NCBI GenBank assembly: GCA_030141605.1
Contig: JAQGDQ010000211.1
Location: forward strand, 84,885 to 148,884
Length of the DNA: 64,000 nucleotides
Source of the DNA: Tubiluchus corallicola
Taxonomy: Eukaryota > Animalia > Priapulida
Direction of reading: 5' to 3'
The notes under the pieces are model-generated. The model had not been told where the DNA came from and searched no databases. It was given only the letters and a program-made list of their open reading frames with translations. A program made the position numbers and the translations under genes. Every line of letters begins with the position of its first letter. Position 1 is the stretch's first letter. This document shows, piece after piece, positions 47,201 through 61,129 of this stretch.

Positions 47201-50200
47201 TGTATATGTACAATTGTATATTTGGATTGAATAAATCTAAGCTAATTTTAAAAAAATCTAAAAATCTAAACACTTATTACTCTTAAGGTAGATTTGTAGT
47301 TTTTGTAAGAATTGTCTGGCTTGAGGATATATTTCGTAGCACTTGAGACGATTGTTTTGTTCGGATAATAAAAACATTGTAAGTCACGAGTCTTTGGATT
47401 ATTCAGATTAGCATTCTGAGTTTAAGAGTCTCTTGCCATTTATTTAGTTTTTTGTGTGTTTAATCGAATGTTTTTTAATTGAAAATTACCTGTAGTTCTT
47501 CATCTATTCCTTGTGTTCAGGTAAAAGAAGCCCTGGAAACGAGAAAAGATCGAAGACACTTGTCTCCGCCGCCACCCCCTGGTCGACCATTACGACGTCC
47601 GGGTGAGTTGATGAAATCTGGTCAGTTTCATAAACCTTTTCTGCCTCTAGTTGTCATTGAGGTCGTCTCACGATTTCATCTTTTCTATCATTCACCTATT
47701 CACACATTTTGTATTATAATTTATATAGCACACCTTCTTTATAATGACTGAATGGAAGGGGTGAGGGAGTTTGTAATAAAAGTGCAGCAAGTGCCAGCAC
47801 AAAAAGCAATAGGTGAACTCTTGCAATACAGTGAACAGGTGAACTGTTGCAATACAGTGAACAGGTGAACTGTTGCAATACAGTGAACAGGTGAACTCTT
47901 GCAATACAGTGAACGGATGAACTCTTGCAATACAGTGAACAGGTGAACTGTTGCAATACAGTGAACGGATGAACTCTTGCAATACAGTGAACAGGTGAAC
48001 TGTTGCAATACAGTGAACGGATGAACTCTTGCAATACAGTGAACAGGTGAACAGCATATTATGTGGCACGTGTCGTTCGCTGATCTGAGGTTGTAGTCCA
48101 GCCGACCTGCCTTCGTTACGGCAAATTTGTACTTTGCGACCAGAATGAATTACACATTTTGTTACGGCATACAGTACTCCCTCGCTACTTCGCAGTTCGT
48201 TTGTCGCGGACTCGCTGTTTTGTGGGTTTTCAAAAATATTAATGTAAAATATTTATCGCTGTATTTTCGCTGTTTCACGGGTTTTTGCGGTACTCCTTCT
48301 AAAGTATTTTTGCACATGCATAGTACGTATTGTACAGTAATGTATAGATTTGATGAATTTTGCATAAAAAATCAGAAAATGTATAAAATATATTAAAAAT
48401 ATTAATTCTAACATTAAAAGAATATTATAAATCATAAAAAATTACCATTTACACTAAATAGTGTATTTATTCGGCAGATGAATACACACGAAAAACGAAA
48501 TGTAGTACTTGAGATGCTACTTGTCGCATGTGCATAGTTTTCTGCGGTGTTGTGTACGCTATTTGTGAAATTTTTGTTAGAGACTGAATTTATTCATGCC
48601 CAACGATGCGACCCAAACCTTCTGCAACTTCTACAGTTTCTGGCAGCGAACCTAAGCGGTTCCGTACTTCGGGCCTGGAACAGAACACGCGCGATAAGTG
48701 GGGGAACACTGTATACGAATTTTGCTGTTGCGAGGTCGGTGGTCTTGAGAGTGTATTGTAACAGTCTGTTACGCTACGTGGGTTTGGGCAACAAAAGCTT
48801 AGAAGGTTTCTCTTCTTGCTACTAGGGGTAGGGAAACAGCTTGGATGGACCCAGTGGTCATTGACTTAACTATCTACACCTGCTATGATTCTTTGCTAAA
48901 ATTTTATGTTTGGCAATCGCTTGTTGTATCGGTTTTGAGTAGAATCATAATGCTTGAAGTTTGACATGTGTCTTTTACGTATGTCTGAGCTTGTATACTC
49001 TTATCTCAGTTTGCCGGACCTCGCTTTTACGGATGTAGACACAGACACAGACACACGCGAGCTGACACTTTGTTTACATCAAAGCAGCGTGTAACGACAC
49101 GTGTGTTGCTTGTATGTCAGCATATTCAGTGGTTTAATCAGAGTGTGTAAGTGGTTTAGAGTCAGTTATGCGAAGTTATTTGAGTCAATTCCCACAGTTT
49201 TTATATACTTTTGCATAGGAGTGGCCCGTACTAGACGTTTTTGAGACAATTAGATGATTGTTTCTACTTTACCGAGAATCTAAGTTAACTTGTATCGGCA
49301 AATATGAACAATCGGCAAATTCGGACCGACGTCTCACCATTTTTGTCCGGCAAACCCAGATATAAGTGCATACAACACTTTTTTACCCGCTACGGTAAAG
49401 AAAGAAGTGAGGTCCAGTGAATATGTCTAAATATTGTCCAGGACGCTACTATCCATCCTTTTTGATACATCAAATGAAATCTTTCAAAGAGACAATTTAA
49501 AAAGTGTCAACACTAGTCAAAGTGAAGGGCAAACATGCAACAGACTTCTATTCAAACTGTAGACAGTTCATTTAATATTGTGGTTGATACGTAGAATTTC
49601 CATCATAGTTCATTGTGAACTGCATATATGGCTGTCCATATGGCTGTCGAACTATTTGTGGTGTGTTATTGATTTAACTGAATTAGGAGCTCTAATATGC
49701 TGTACAGTAAGTCCTCGCTTAACGACTCCCCGTTTAGCGACGTTTCATCTTAACGATGCTGAAACATTGACACCTTTTTGTCACTTAGCGACACACGTTT
49801 CATTTTAACGACGATTTTGTTTACTTTGCTGAATGCCAATTTTCATTTTATCAACAACTTTTTTACTTTTGCAAAAAGTTCATTAGTGACGTAAACAGTG
49901 CAATTATTGTACATGTTTTTGCTTCCCGACTGACTGCTATACTAGCTGGAGTTTCTATCAAGAGAGACCGGTGAACAAACTTTGTGGGAAGGAATTACAC
50001 CTGCAACCTGTTCCTATAGCAACCAGACTACGTAGTAAATGATACGGGCTCTTGTGTGATAAAATTTCCAAGGTCACCTTATGCAGTGCTTGGCTTGTGT
50101 TTATTGTTTAATGGCTGCCTAGGCTTAAACCTTAATGAAAGAGAAACCGATAGCTAGATACGTATTGGTAAGAAAGAGAGGTGGTTTCAAGTAACCAGAA

Positions 50201-53200
50201 AGAAATTAATTAGTAGAAACCGTAAAGAAACTCATAAAATGTTTAATTTATATGATTTAAGCAGGATTGATTTTTGCCTCTGGAACGTATCTGTGTTGTG
50301 TTAAATTACTTTCTATGGAAGTTTTGGCTTCGTTTAATGACGTTTCGCTTAACATCGCATTGTGCTGGAAAGCATTAGCATCGTTAAGTGAGGATTTACA
50401 GTACTTTTTCTGATGATAAACTGTTTATGGTGCATTAGAAAATTATATCTCAGATAATGTATAGAGCAGTCGATGGAGAGACGCTGTAGAACGTGTTCCT
50501 CTTTTTCCTTCCCGCTGATCGAGGTTTTTGCAAGACGTCTATGGCTTCTTGAATAAAATGTGCATGTCAAACACGAGGGTATTTTTGCTTTTTTTACTGT
50601 CAGCAATGTCATTAACATCATTTTGTATTTGTTTTAATTTTGCAGCGCCAGAAAAACCGTCATTGTATCGGCGTAATGATGACTTCGGCAATGGCGGCGG
50701 TGGCGGTTTGCTTGATTATCACATGGAGGACCATGATGATGAGGACGACCAACTGGAAGAGGACCACAGATTCGACGAGTATCGTCCAGACGGCCCTCCT
50801 CATCCAGTTGGCCATCCACCTCGGCCACATCAGCCAATGTTTGTTCCTCATCAAATCCGGCATCGTAATCCGACACCTTCACCTCCACGCCATCCCGTTC
50901 GTCCCCAGCATCCTCCTGGACCGCAAGCTCATCTTGGACCTCCGGGTCCTCCAGGAGGTCTGGCCGGTGCTCAGTTCATGCAAGGCGCTCCACGACCTCC
51001 ATTCATGGAACGGCCGCCTCGTGGTGAGATGATCCGTGGTCCTCCTCCGCTGCGACCGCCTGGGACATACCACGTTCCACCTCAGGTAATAGTAATAGTC
51101 GACTAACACCAAATAATTTTTATTCTTTCTGTTTCTTTGTCTGTTTGTCTGTCTGTTTTTCTGAAGTAGACTAAGATAACACCACACTCCTGCCAGTTAC
51201 TCTGCGTAAAATTGATACCGTTAAACAGCATTTTTTGGGATGGGTTAAGGATACACATTTTCATTGTCAGGCAGTTTGGGACAATTGATCTGTTAGGTTT
51301 GAGCCTAAAATTTGTTTCCAAGAATGGATTCCAGGGCATTTAGAAGTGGAATGTGGATCACCTACCATTTCCTGGCGGACCACCTTGCATTTTCCATTGT
51401 CATGGAAATGCTTCTAACATCGAAACTTTCTAACATTCTTATCGTCTTTCGCCCGTATATAAACAGTTTGTTGGTGATGAAATTTTACAACTCTCGTCGT
51501 GTTTTCTATATGCTGTTTTGTTTTTATTAATGATTACGTGAATTTACATTAGAATTGGTAATTATGTTTATTATAATTGTACTTGCTGTTTTTAACTGTG
51601 TATAATGTGTGTAAATTTTTGTTACTAAGTTTATTACTTATGTATGTATGTAGTGTTGGATTACAATTTGTAACTATGTCTATTGTATATGATCGTTGTC
51701 ATTCAATTTGTCTTATGCGTTGGATTCTAAATTATATATATATGTGCATAGGTTTAATACATTGTAAATGCTTCTAGAAATTTTAAACATATCCCTACAA
51801 ATAGAGGGAATGTATTCTGTACATACTTTTTAAAAATAAAGAGTTATAGTAATAATAAATAACATTTTTTGCAACATTAAAATCACTTTCTGTGAGCGTT
51901 GCCTTTTCCTTTAAATTATATTCTACGTTTTCAGAGTGTGTTGCAGATTCTAACTAACTGCCATCTGTTGTTTAGATTATCGACACTCCGAATCGGATGT
52001 CCACGTTCGTTCCCGGTCAGGAGCGGCCGATGGCTCCTTTCCCTCCTGCAAATGTCCCCAGTAATGAACCGCCCAAACCAAAAGAGGCGCCGCAGGTTGT
52101 AGTGTCTTCGAAGCCTGTTCTTTACAAAGGCAAGGAGAAACAGAAAACCGAAGAAAGTTCGGGTCCTGCGGCAAAAAAGATGAAGTTGAAAAAAGTAAGT
52201 GTTGCTGCGTGTGGTTTTTTACATCATCATGAAGCAGGCGATTGGAAAATATGTTTTGCAGTTTTTATGAAGTCATAGTGAACTACTTGATGAATTCTCT
52301 ATGTGGTTTAGAAACTGATTTCTTATTTGGTCATTTATTATTTAGTCATTTCTTATTTGAGTGTATTTTTGTTTAGAATGGCTTATGTGAATATTTGTGG
52401 TCGACCCAAATTTGCAATTTTTTTTCAAAAAAGCAGACAAACTGGTGTTTCAATTTTATTTTTTTTATTTTGTCAGATTTCACAGGCGTCGGATCTGTTC
52501 ACCTGTGTGTTGCCTTTTGACTCGAGTCAAACTTGCCAAATTCCAAATTCTTCCGTAAAGATACGGCATCCGTCAATTCCGTGGGAACTGGATTTCTCCA
52601 GACCCAACAAAACTCGCCTTTTCAAACTGGCGTTTCAATTTTGCTTGACAGTTGAGAGATTCGTATTGATATCATAATTATCCCCCTACTGTCATGGGTA
52701 CATTGAGCTACAAGGAGGAAATCTTAGGATTTGCTCTGTCATGGGTACATTGAGCTACAAGGAGGAAATTTTAGGATTTGCTCTGTCATGGGTGCAGGTA
52801 GTGCTGTTGGTTTGTGAGCTACAAGGAGGAAATCTTAGGATTTGCTCTGTCATGGGTGCAGGTGGCGCTGTTGGATTGTGTGCTACAAGGAGGAAATCTT
52901 AGGATTTGCTCTGTCATGGGTGCAGGTGGTGCTGTTGGATTGTGTGCTACAAGGAGGAGATCTTACGATTTGCTCTGTCATGGGAGCAGGTGGTGCTGTT
53001 GGATTTTGAGCTACAAGGAGGAAATCTTAGGATTTGCTCTGTCATGGGAGCAGGTGGTGCTGTTGGGTTGTGAGCTACAAGGAGGAAATTTTAGGATTTG
53101 CTCTGTCATTGGTGCAGGTGGTGCTGTTGGATTTTGAGCTACAAGGAGGAAATCTTACGATTTGCTCTGTCATGGGTGCAGGTGGTGCTGTTGAATTGTG

Positions 53201-56200
53201 TGCTACAAGGAGGACATCTTAGGATTTGCTCTGTCATGGGTGCAGGTGGTGCTGTTGGGTTGTGAGCTACAAGGAGGAATCTTAGGATTTGGTCTGCCAT
53301 GGGTACAGGGGTGCTGTTGGATTTTGAGCTACAAGGAGGAAATCTTAGGATTTGCTCTGTCGTAGGTGCAGGTGGCGCTGTTGAATTGTGAGCTACAAGG
53401 AGGACATCTTAGGATTTGCTCTGTCATGGGTGCAGGTGGTGCTGTTGGATTTTGAGCTACAAGGAGGAGATCTTAGGATTTGCTCTGTCATGGGTGCAGG
53501 TGGTGCTGTTGGATTTTGAGCTACAAGGAGGAAATTTTAGGATTTGCTCTGTCATGGGTGTAGGTGGTGCTGTTGGATTTTGAGCTACAAGGAGGAGATC
53601 TTACGATTTGCTCTGTCATGGGTGCAGGTGGTGCTGTTGGTTTGTGAGCTACAAGGAGAAAATCTTAGGATTTGCTCTGTCATGGGTGTAGGTGGTGCTG
53701 TTGGATTTTGAGCTACAAGGAGGAGATCTTAGGATTTGCTCTGTCATGGATGCAGGTGGTGCTGTTGGATTTTGAGCTACAAGGAAGAAATCTTAGGATT
53801 TGCTCTGTCATGGGAGCAGGTGGTGCTGTTGGTTTGTGAGCTACAAGGAGGAAGTCTTAGGATTTGCTCTGTCATGGGAGCAGGTGGTGCTGTTGGGTTT
53901 TGAGCTACAAGGAGAAATCTTAGGATTTGCTCTGTCATGGGTGCTGGTGGTGCTGTTGTATTGTGTGCTACAAGGAGGAAGTCTTAGGATTTGCTCTGTC
54001 AAGGGTACAGGTGGCGCTGTTGGCTTGTGTGCTACAAGGAGGAAGTCTTAGGATTTGCTCTGTCATGGGAGCAGGTGGCGCTGTTGGGTTTTGAGCTACA
54101 AGGAAGAAATCTTGGGATTTGCTCTGTCATGGGTGCAGGTGGTGCTGTTGGGTTGTGAGCTACAAGGAGAAATCTTAGGATTTGCTCTGTCATGGGAGCA
54201 GGTGGTGCTGTTGGATTTTGAGCTACAAGGAGAAATTTTAGGATTTGCTCTGTCATGGGTGCAGGTGGTGCTGTTGAATTGTGAGCTACAAGGAGGAAAT
54301 CTTAGGATTTGCTCTGCCATGGGTGCAGGTGGTGCTGTTGGATTGTGAGCTACAAGGAGGAAATCTTAGGGTTTGCTCTGTCATGGGTGCAGGTGGTGCT
54401 GTTGAATTGTGAGCTACAAGGAGGACGTCTTAGGATTTGCTCTGTCATGGGAGCAGGTGGCGCTGTTGGGTTTTGAGCTACAAGGAAGAAATCTTGGGAT
54501 TTGCTCTGTCATGGGTGCAGGTGGTGCTGTTGGGTTGTGAGCTACAAGGAGAAATCTTAGGATTTGCTCTGTCATGGGTGCAGGTGGTGCTGTTGGCTTG
54601 TGAGCTACAAGGAGGAAGTCTTAGGATTTGCTCTGTCAAGGGTACAGGTGGCGCTGTTGGCTTGTGAGCTACAAGGAGGAAGTCTTAGGATTTGCTCTGT
54701 CATGGGTGCAGGTGGTGCTGTTGGATTTTGAGCTACAAGGAGGACATCTTAGGACTTGCTCTGTCATGGGAGCAGGTGGCGCTGTTGGATTTTGAGCTAC
54801 AAGGAGGACATCTTAGGACTTGCTCTGTCATGGGAGCAGGTGGCGCTGTTGGCTTGTGTGCTACAAGGAGAAATCTTAGGATTTGCTCTGTCATGGGAGC
54901 AGGTGGCGCTGTTGGATTTTGAGCTACAAGGAGGACATCTTAGGACTTGCTCTGTCATGGGAGCAGGTGGCGCTGTTGGCTTGTGTGCTACAAGGAGAAA
55001 TCTTAGGATTTGCTCTGTCATGGGAGCAGGTGGCGCTGTTGGATTTTGAGCTACAAGGAGGACATCTTAGGACTTGCTCTGTCATGGGAGCAGGTGGCGC
55101 TGTTGGCTTGTGTGCTACAAGGAGAAATCTTAGGATTTGCTCTGTCATGGGAGCAGGTGGCGCTGTTGGATTTTGAGCTACAAGGAGGACATCTTAGGAC
55201 TTGCTCTGTCATGGGAGCAGGTGGCGCTGTTGGCTTGTGTGCTACAAGGAGAAATCTTAGGATTTGCTCTGTCATGGGAGCAGGTGGCGCTGTTGGATTT
55301 TGAGCTACAAGGAGGACATCTTAGGACTTGCTCTGTCATGGGAGCAGGTGGCGCTGTTGGCTTGTGTGCTACAAGGAGAAATCTTAGACCCAGCAGGTGG
55401 CGAAATCTTAGGATTTGCTCTGTCATGGGTGCAGGTGGTGCTGTTGGATTTTGAGGTACAAGGAGGAGATCTTACGATTTGCTCTGTCATGGGTGCAGGT
55501 GGTGCTGTTGGATTTTGAGCTACAAGGAGGACATCTTAGGACTTGCTCTGTCATGGGTACAGGTGGCGCTGTTGGCTTGTGTGCTACAAGGAGGACATCT
55601 TAGGCCTGCTCTATCATTTTGCTGGTAGTTTAGGTGGTAGAGCATGGAAGTACTAATCACAGGTTTCATGTTCAAATCCCGACTAGTCAATAATTTTTCA
55701 CTGTCTCCTTTCTTCAATTCATTACCCATAATGGGTAATGATTGGTAAAATGAACCACAATGGGAATGACGAGTTATGATCTAGTTAATAATCAGACGAA
55801 ATTATTTACAACTTTCCATGGAACCGGAATGAAAGCGTTTTATTTCATTTAGAAACAGAAGGTCCCGGAAAGAAATGCGTCTTCATTTTCTAATGCTGCC
55901 CAGAAGACGGATTCAACTCCAGCAAAGCCACCCACAGTTGAAAAGGGGGCGTCTGGCACACCTGTAACATCAGGTATGGTTTTATCACTGGTTGTTTGTT
56001 GTGCAGCTTTGCATGTTAAAATCAAGATCCAATCTTGCATGGCGGCACTTACTGCTAATGTTAAAAGATTGGAACGTAGTGCTGGGATGATGAGATGGGA
56101 TGATGAGATGCTAAACTGTCAGAGGGTTCCAGGTGTTCAGATGCATGTAGCTCAGGGGTGTGCAAATTGCGGCCCGCGGCCCCCTTCCGGCCCGCCGAGA

Positions 56201-59200
56201 GAATTTGTGCGGCCCCTCGAAGAGATTTGTCAACCTAATGAAAGTGCGACCCGGGCGATTAATTGGGTGTATCCAGCTGAAGTCCGTGCCACGATCCCAA
56301 AGATAATGCGGGTAGTTTTTCCTACTAGATAGAATACCATTAACCCTTACAAGACGGTTGTAGCTTAATAACACTGTACTACACAGACTAATATGCATTG
56401 TAATGAAATTACCACTATCTGTCCTGAAAGTAGAAATATATGATTTTTGATGTAAATTTTAATAACTTCTAAAATAGTTTCTTGAGTGTAGTAGTAATGA
56501 TGTACGCAGGTCGGATGCAAAAAAAATCGTTATTAGGCCTTTCTGTACTTGGCTCCTTGATCAAACTGCCTGTGGCCCGCAGGAATTGCGGGAAAGTTTA
56601 ATATGGCCCGGCTAGTCAGAGAATTTGCACACTCCTGATGTAGCTCCTTAGTTTAACTCCTTCAGGACCGCACCATTCAAAATAGGTCTTATAAGATCTA
56701 TGACTTTTCTGCTGCTGTATGAGCACAGACATAGCTAAATGATTACAAATTAGGTACTGTTCTATTCAGGAGAATCTCGGCTACCCAATCATGCTGTTTG
56801 TCTAAACGTTTGTAAGTGCTAAGCCCTTTACAGGCACTCTAACTTAGCCTATTGAGTAGCTTAGCCTGGTGTACGTGTTAATTTATTGATCAACTGCTTC
56901 CTACAGCCCTAGAATACCCTCTGCTATGCATAGTACCAGGAAAAAACAATTGATCAAACAAGAACAAATTACGGTCATTTCATCTTTTAACAGGAATTTC
57001 TCCTTAAAAATAAAGTAGACTTGAGGCCAAAGTGTATAAGAGTGTTGTGTCTGAATAGTTGAAATTTTTTGCATTGGCTGATTTCACACAAGTGATACTG
57101 TACATTGTTACAGTGCAAACACTGCAGTTTGAGTAGACAGTTAGCTCCTCTGTCTAGCTTCTGCATTGTGATCATTGTTACTGTTAAGATTATTATTTAT
57201 TATTATTATTATTATTATTATCTATATATTAATTTCGCTGGTATGTTATATATATATATAAGATTCGAGGCTACAGCTTCGACGACGGCACCTTTTGCGG
57301 CGATCTATATATCAAACGAAGGGTCTCGATCATGTGTGGTCTCATGCAGAAAAAATGTTTTAGCGGCGCCTGGTGGGACTTTTGAAAGGAGATATATAGC
57401 TCTTTAAAAAGAGGAAAAACAGGGCTACACGATGATGTGGGCTATATTTTAGAATACGTTTACCAAGAGGAGTAGCGAGGAGTTGATTGGAGGTTCCATT
57501 TCAGGCGATTTTTGCTTAGAAAACTGCTGACGCAAAGCCATTGTTCTGACGTCATCCATTATACTCTGTCTATAATCTTATAACTTTAATTCAGTAAAAG
57601 CTCCTTCTGCTGGCTTTGCGTTAGGTAAATAAATGAACACTAGGTAGGATGTTCGCGCATTGTTGATTATAAGTGGATTTATAAGCAAAATTTTTTCTGG
57701 GGCCTTTGCTAGTTATTATTATTATTAGTCGCATCAAATATTGTTACAACATATAAACAATGATGCTAGTAGACAACAAGTATATATAGTGTAAACAAAT
57801 GTATGAATCGAATGATTAGTACAGTAATTCCTCGCTTAATGGCGCTAATGCGACGTTAAGTGAAACGTCGTTAAGCGAGGCCAAGACTTCCATAGACAGT
57901 AATGTAAAAGAGCTGAGATACGTTCCAGACACAAAAATCAATACTGCTTAAATCATATAAGTTAAACATTTTATGAGTTTTATTCATATTTCGACTGATT
58001 AATGTCTTCCTGTTTGCCTGAAACCACCTATATATCTTACTTACCAACACCTAGCTATAGCAGTTTCTCTTTCCTGAATGTTTAAGCCTAGTCAGCGGTT
58101 GAACAACAAATACTCCAGAGTCAAAACCAATCCCTGGGATTTTACCTACGTACTTAGTCCAGTTGCTATGGCAACAGGTTGCAGGCAGAATTGCTCACTG
58201 GTCACTTGATAATTGGTACAAACTGCTAGTAAAACAGTAGTAGCATCAGTAGTCAGTCAGGAAGCAAAAACATGTATAATAATTGCACTGTTTACATTAG
58301 TAGTGCATTTCTAAAAGAGAATAACGCAATAGATGCCGTTTTAATGCATCAAATTAGGTAATAATTTTGTGAACCCAATAAGAATTTTTCTTGAGTAAAT
58401 AATTCGTCGTTAAAGCCAAACGTGCGTCGTTAAGTGATATCAAATGATATACTTTCTACCTTTACTTGTACTATGTCATGTTTTTACCATTTTATTTTAT
58501 TTTAATTACGTGAAATTTGGTATCTTATAGCTCAAAGGAGCTCCTTTCTCAGTAAAATATAATGAACTGTCTGAAATCACGTTCCAATATGCCATTAGCT
58601 TGAAAACCATCATCATATCATCCAATGAATCACATTGAAAACCATCATCATATCATCCAATGAATCACATGTCCAGTGACATGATTCTGCTCACCTCCCT
58701 ATGCCAGGACTCCCTGCTCGCCGCAATGCCCCAAGTGGATTTATTTCTAAGGATCAATGCTGAAGTGTTTAAATCTTTCTGTGCAAATCTTTCTGTACTT
58801 AGATACTTGTTGTTATTATGCTTGAAAACCTTGGAAGAACGAGTAAAGGTATCTAACGGAGATCTTCAAAGAAAAACCGAGTTCGTGATCTTCAAGTTCA
58901 AATTCAGTTTATTTCACCAGCAAACGAGCAAACTATCGTCGTATCGTCATTTAGTACTGTCAAATGACCGGCGTCGTTAAACGAGGATTTACTGTATGCT
59001 ACATGCAGTTAGTTTAGTTTAAACATAATTTATTTAGGATTGGGTCAGACAGTTTGAACAACATGATTTAGGATCATCACCACAAGAGACTTTATACACT
59101 ATTTACAAGAATATTTACAGTAAGAATAGACTATAACTACACAAGCTGACAAGTTTTACATTAGACATTAGTAGAAAATGACGGTTAGAAAATATTAATA

Positions 59201-60954
59201 TACGATAATTTAAGACTGATGCATTTTATATCAGATAGAAACTACTGGAAGCGTTTAGTATGCAACATAAAGTCATGTACGCATTGGAATAATTTACAGT
59301 TAGTAGCATCTTTAGGTAAATTCATCTTTACCGAATAATAACAACTTCAACAGATCATTATTTCCTAAGACAGCTATATTGAGGTTTTTGGGCAGAAGTA
59401 TTTCATTTAATTTATCAAACATAACAACCCTAGTTTGTTGATACAATGGGCAGTGATTGTAGTTGTTACAGGATCATAAAATGCTTTCCTGACGACACGT
59501 TTTACATTGTGGTTAAAGCACAAAGGGCGACCGTATTTCAATCTTGAGTTAAAAACACTGTTAAAAATACAACAATCTTGGTAGAATTATCTGACTCGAG
59601 TTTCGTACTTTTTGAAAAGAGTTAAGCTTTCGACAGTCGATTACATGCATTTTTCAAATTTTTTCATTTTAGTTATTTAAGATTGAAAAATTTGTGCAAA
59701 TAATTTTTGTTTTGCTACTATCCAGCCGGACCGGCAGTGCTGAGCGAAGATCTAGAAAGACGACTGAAGCAGGCGGAAATGGATTTTATACACAAGCAGA
59801 AGCAGCATGAGAAGGAGAAGAAGAAGAAAGATAAGAAAGTTATACGATCGGCGGGCGGTCAGGTTTGGGAGGACAATTCTCTGTTAGAGTGGGATCCAGG
59901 TGTGTTTCAGCTTTTGTTTCGTAGATTTTTGTTTGATTTATTCTGCACAGGCTTTAGTTTCTGGCTTGTTTAGATAACTGTAAAAAAAGCTAAACTGAAT
60001 TGTGTTTTGTAACTGTTTAGGTATTTGTGAAAAAAGCTAAATTGAATTGAGTTTTGAAACTGAATATTATACCGGGTGGTGCAGAAAAAATGTTCGGAAG
60101 CTTGGACTACAATAATATTAGAAACAAGTGTCCTACGAAGTTGAAATTTCGCAGCTGCTTGTCACAATAGCTTAGCATTTAGCAGCAAAAGTTACAAGTT
60201 TCAGTAGTTTTTAAGTTAAAAAACGTTTAAAAATTTAATTCCCAGAACACTGTTAGCTAATCATCAATTGAAATGCAGCCACGTTGACGTTCTTTAAAGC
60301 ACTTAATACAATACAACACAGGTAAAAACAGATAAGGAAATCAACTAGTTTATTTTATGATCTTTGCCAGAGAAAGTAAAGTACTGATAAAGATTTGTTG
60401 TCAATAAAAAAAGAAGAAAAACTGAACTAATTTTTTTGATCACGGTACCTGGAATTCTCTTTAAAGGAAGACAGGATGATTTTTCATTTACTGCCCCACT
60501 TTCAAGTCCAATAAAAAGTATACATTTTAACACGATTAATACTGCAAAAGGGTATCTGATAATTAAATAATAGATTAAAATCTTAATTAATGGCAGGCGA
60601 GCCTAACTATTGTTGACATTGCAAACTAACATAATTTACTTCAGCAAAAATATTCCATAAGCGTGTTGCACATGTTTGTGAATGTTTTTGTCGTTTGAAA
60701 TAATTTATGTCGCATGACAGCTTTTCAGCACTAATGAAAATGGCATCGAACTTTTTCAGATGATTTTCGAATGTTTTGCGGTGACCTGGGTAACGAGGTG
60801 AACGACGAGATACTGGCACGAGCGTTTAACAAGTACTCGTCATTTGTGAGAGCCAAAGTCATCCGCGACAAGCGAACGAACAAAACTAAAGGTTACGGTT
60901 TCGTCAGCTTTAGGGATCCCATGGATTTTTCCAGAGCCATGCGGGAGATGAACG
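43234..60954 (+). CDS. RBM42: RBM42 (RNA-binding motif protein 42, U4/U6.U5 tri-snRNP associated), 3'-incomplete
   Basis: Phase-consistent GT-AG exons: 43234/43255-43313 (..LLAEMDR), 44929-45061 (FEQEI..MIIGASTFGN), 47521-47602, 50646-51085 (Pro-rich), 51976-52194, 55853-55973, 59726-59899 (KKVIRSAGGQVWEDNSLLEWDP), 60760-60954 (DDFRMFCGDLGNEVNDEILARAF..KTKGYGFVSFRDPMDFSRAMREMNG, the diagnostic RBM42 RRM). The expected final GKYVGSRPIKLRKS exon was not found, so it is presumably beyond 64000. Confidence 0.93.
45088..45552. mobile_element. Tigger-like MITE family C, copy 2 (26 bp after an RBM42 donor)
   Basis: TA|CAGTCAACCTC...CCGAGGTTGACTG|TA; homologous to 30774-31246. Confidence 0.85.
45900..47100 (+). 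mobile_element. CR1/L2-type LINE 3' fragment spanning the assembly gap
   Basis: LKVKEIYDMYCLHFMYQYHNSLLPPAFQSYF...HDHYTR before the gap and a degenerate G..WNSLP after it. Confidence 0.6.
46192..46942. other. Assembly gap (N run)
   Basis: 751 consecutive N. Confidence 1.
47812..48052. repeat. 26-bp tandem repeat, about 9 copies
   Basis: GTGAACT(G/C)TTGCAATACAGTGAAC(AG/GG). Confidence 0.92.
48172..48711. mobile_element. Tigger-like MITE family A, copy 3
   Basis: Same family; TA flanks, ends GGGGAACACTG|TA. Confidence 0.85.
49705..50401. mobile_element. MITE family B copy
   Basis: TA|CAGTAAGTCCTCGCTTAACG...CGTTAAGTGAGGATTTACAG|TA. Confidence 0.8.
52690..55605. repeat. 64-bp minisatellite, roughly 45 copies, intronic in RBM42
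   Basis: Unit GAGCTACAAGGAGGAAATCTTAGGATTTGCTCTGTCATGGGTGCAGGTGGTGCTGTTGGATTTT; it explains the many repeated ORFs in the track. Confidence 0.97.
56153..56637. mobile_element. hAT (Charlie-like) MITE, copy 2
   Basis: Same TIRs as 10564-11045; 8-bp TSD ATGTAGCT. Confidence 0.9.
57221..57712 (+). mobile_element. Helitron-like non-autonomous insertion in a (TTA)n microsatellite
   Basis: A|TCTATATAT 5' end and GCTAG|T 3' end, no TSD, (TTA)n on both sides; imperfect AGCAAA/TTTGCT inverted repeat near the 3' end. Confidence 0.5.
57822..58994. mobile_element. MITE family B copy carrying a nested LINE 3' fragment (~58605-58790)
   Basis: TA|CAGTAATTCCTCGCTTAA...TTAAACGAGGATTTACTG|TA; the internal segment is the reverse complement of 6100-6245. 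Confidence 0.75.
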
Positions 60955-61129
60955 GTAAGTGAGTGTGACTGTAACCATAATTTGTCGTTTGCTATTTGTT
61001 GCTCCGGTTTCCATGACAGTTGTTTTTTGTGTAAAGGATTAAACACCTGTTACGTTGCACAATTTGTCATGTCTGTTTTGACATACTTTTTTAGCGTTTT
61101 GCGTAATTGGTAAAATTTTCAGCTTAAAG

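Noticed and set aside
52814-55603. Many overlapping ORFs (MLCHGSRW..., MTEQILR...)
   Set aside because: Translation artefacts of the 64-bp satellite; the unit length is not a multiple of 3, and the RBM42 exons splice in phase across it.
55620-55690. Possible tRNA gene
   Set aside because: A- and B-box-like motifs are present, but the stems do not pair into a cloverleaf; treated as a SINE or pseudogene remnant.
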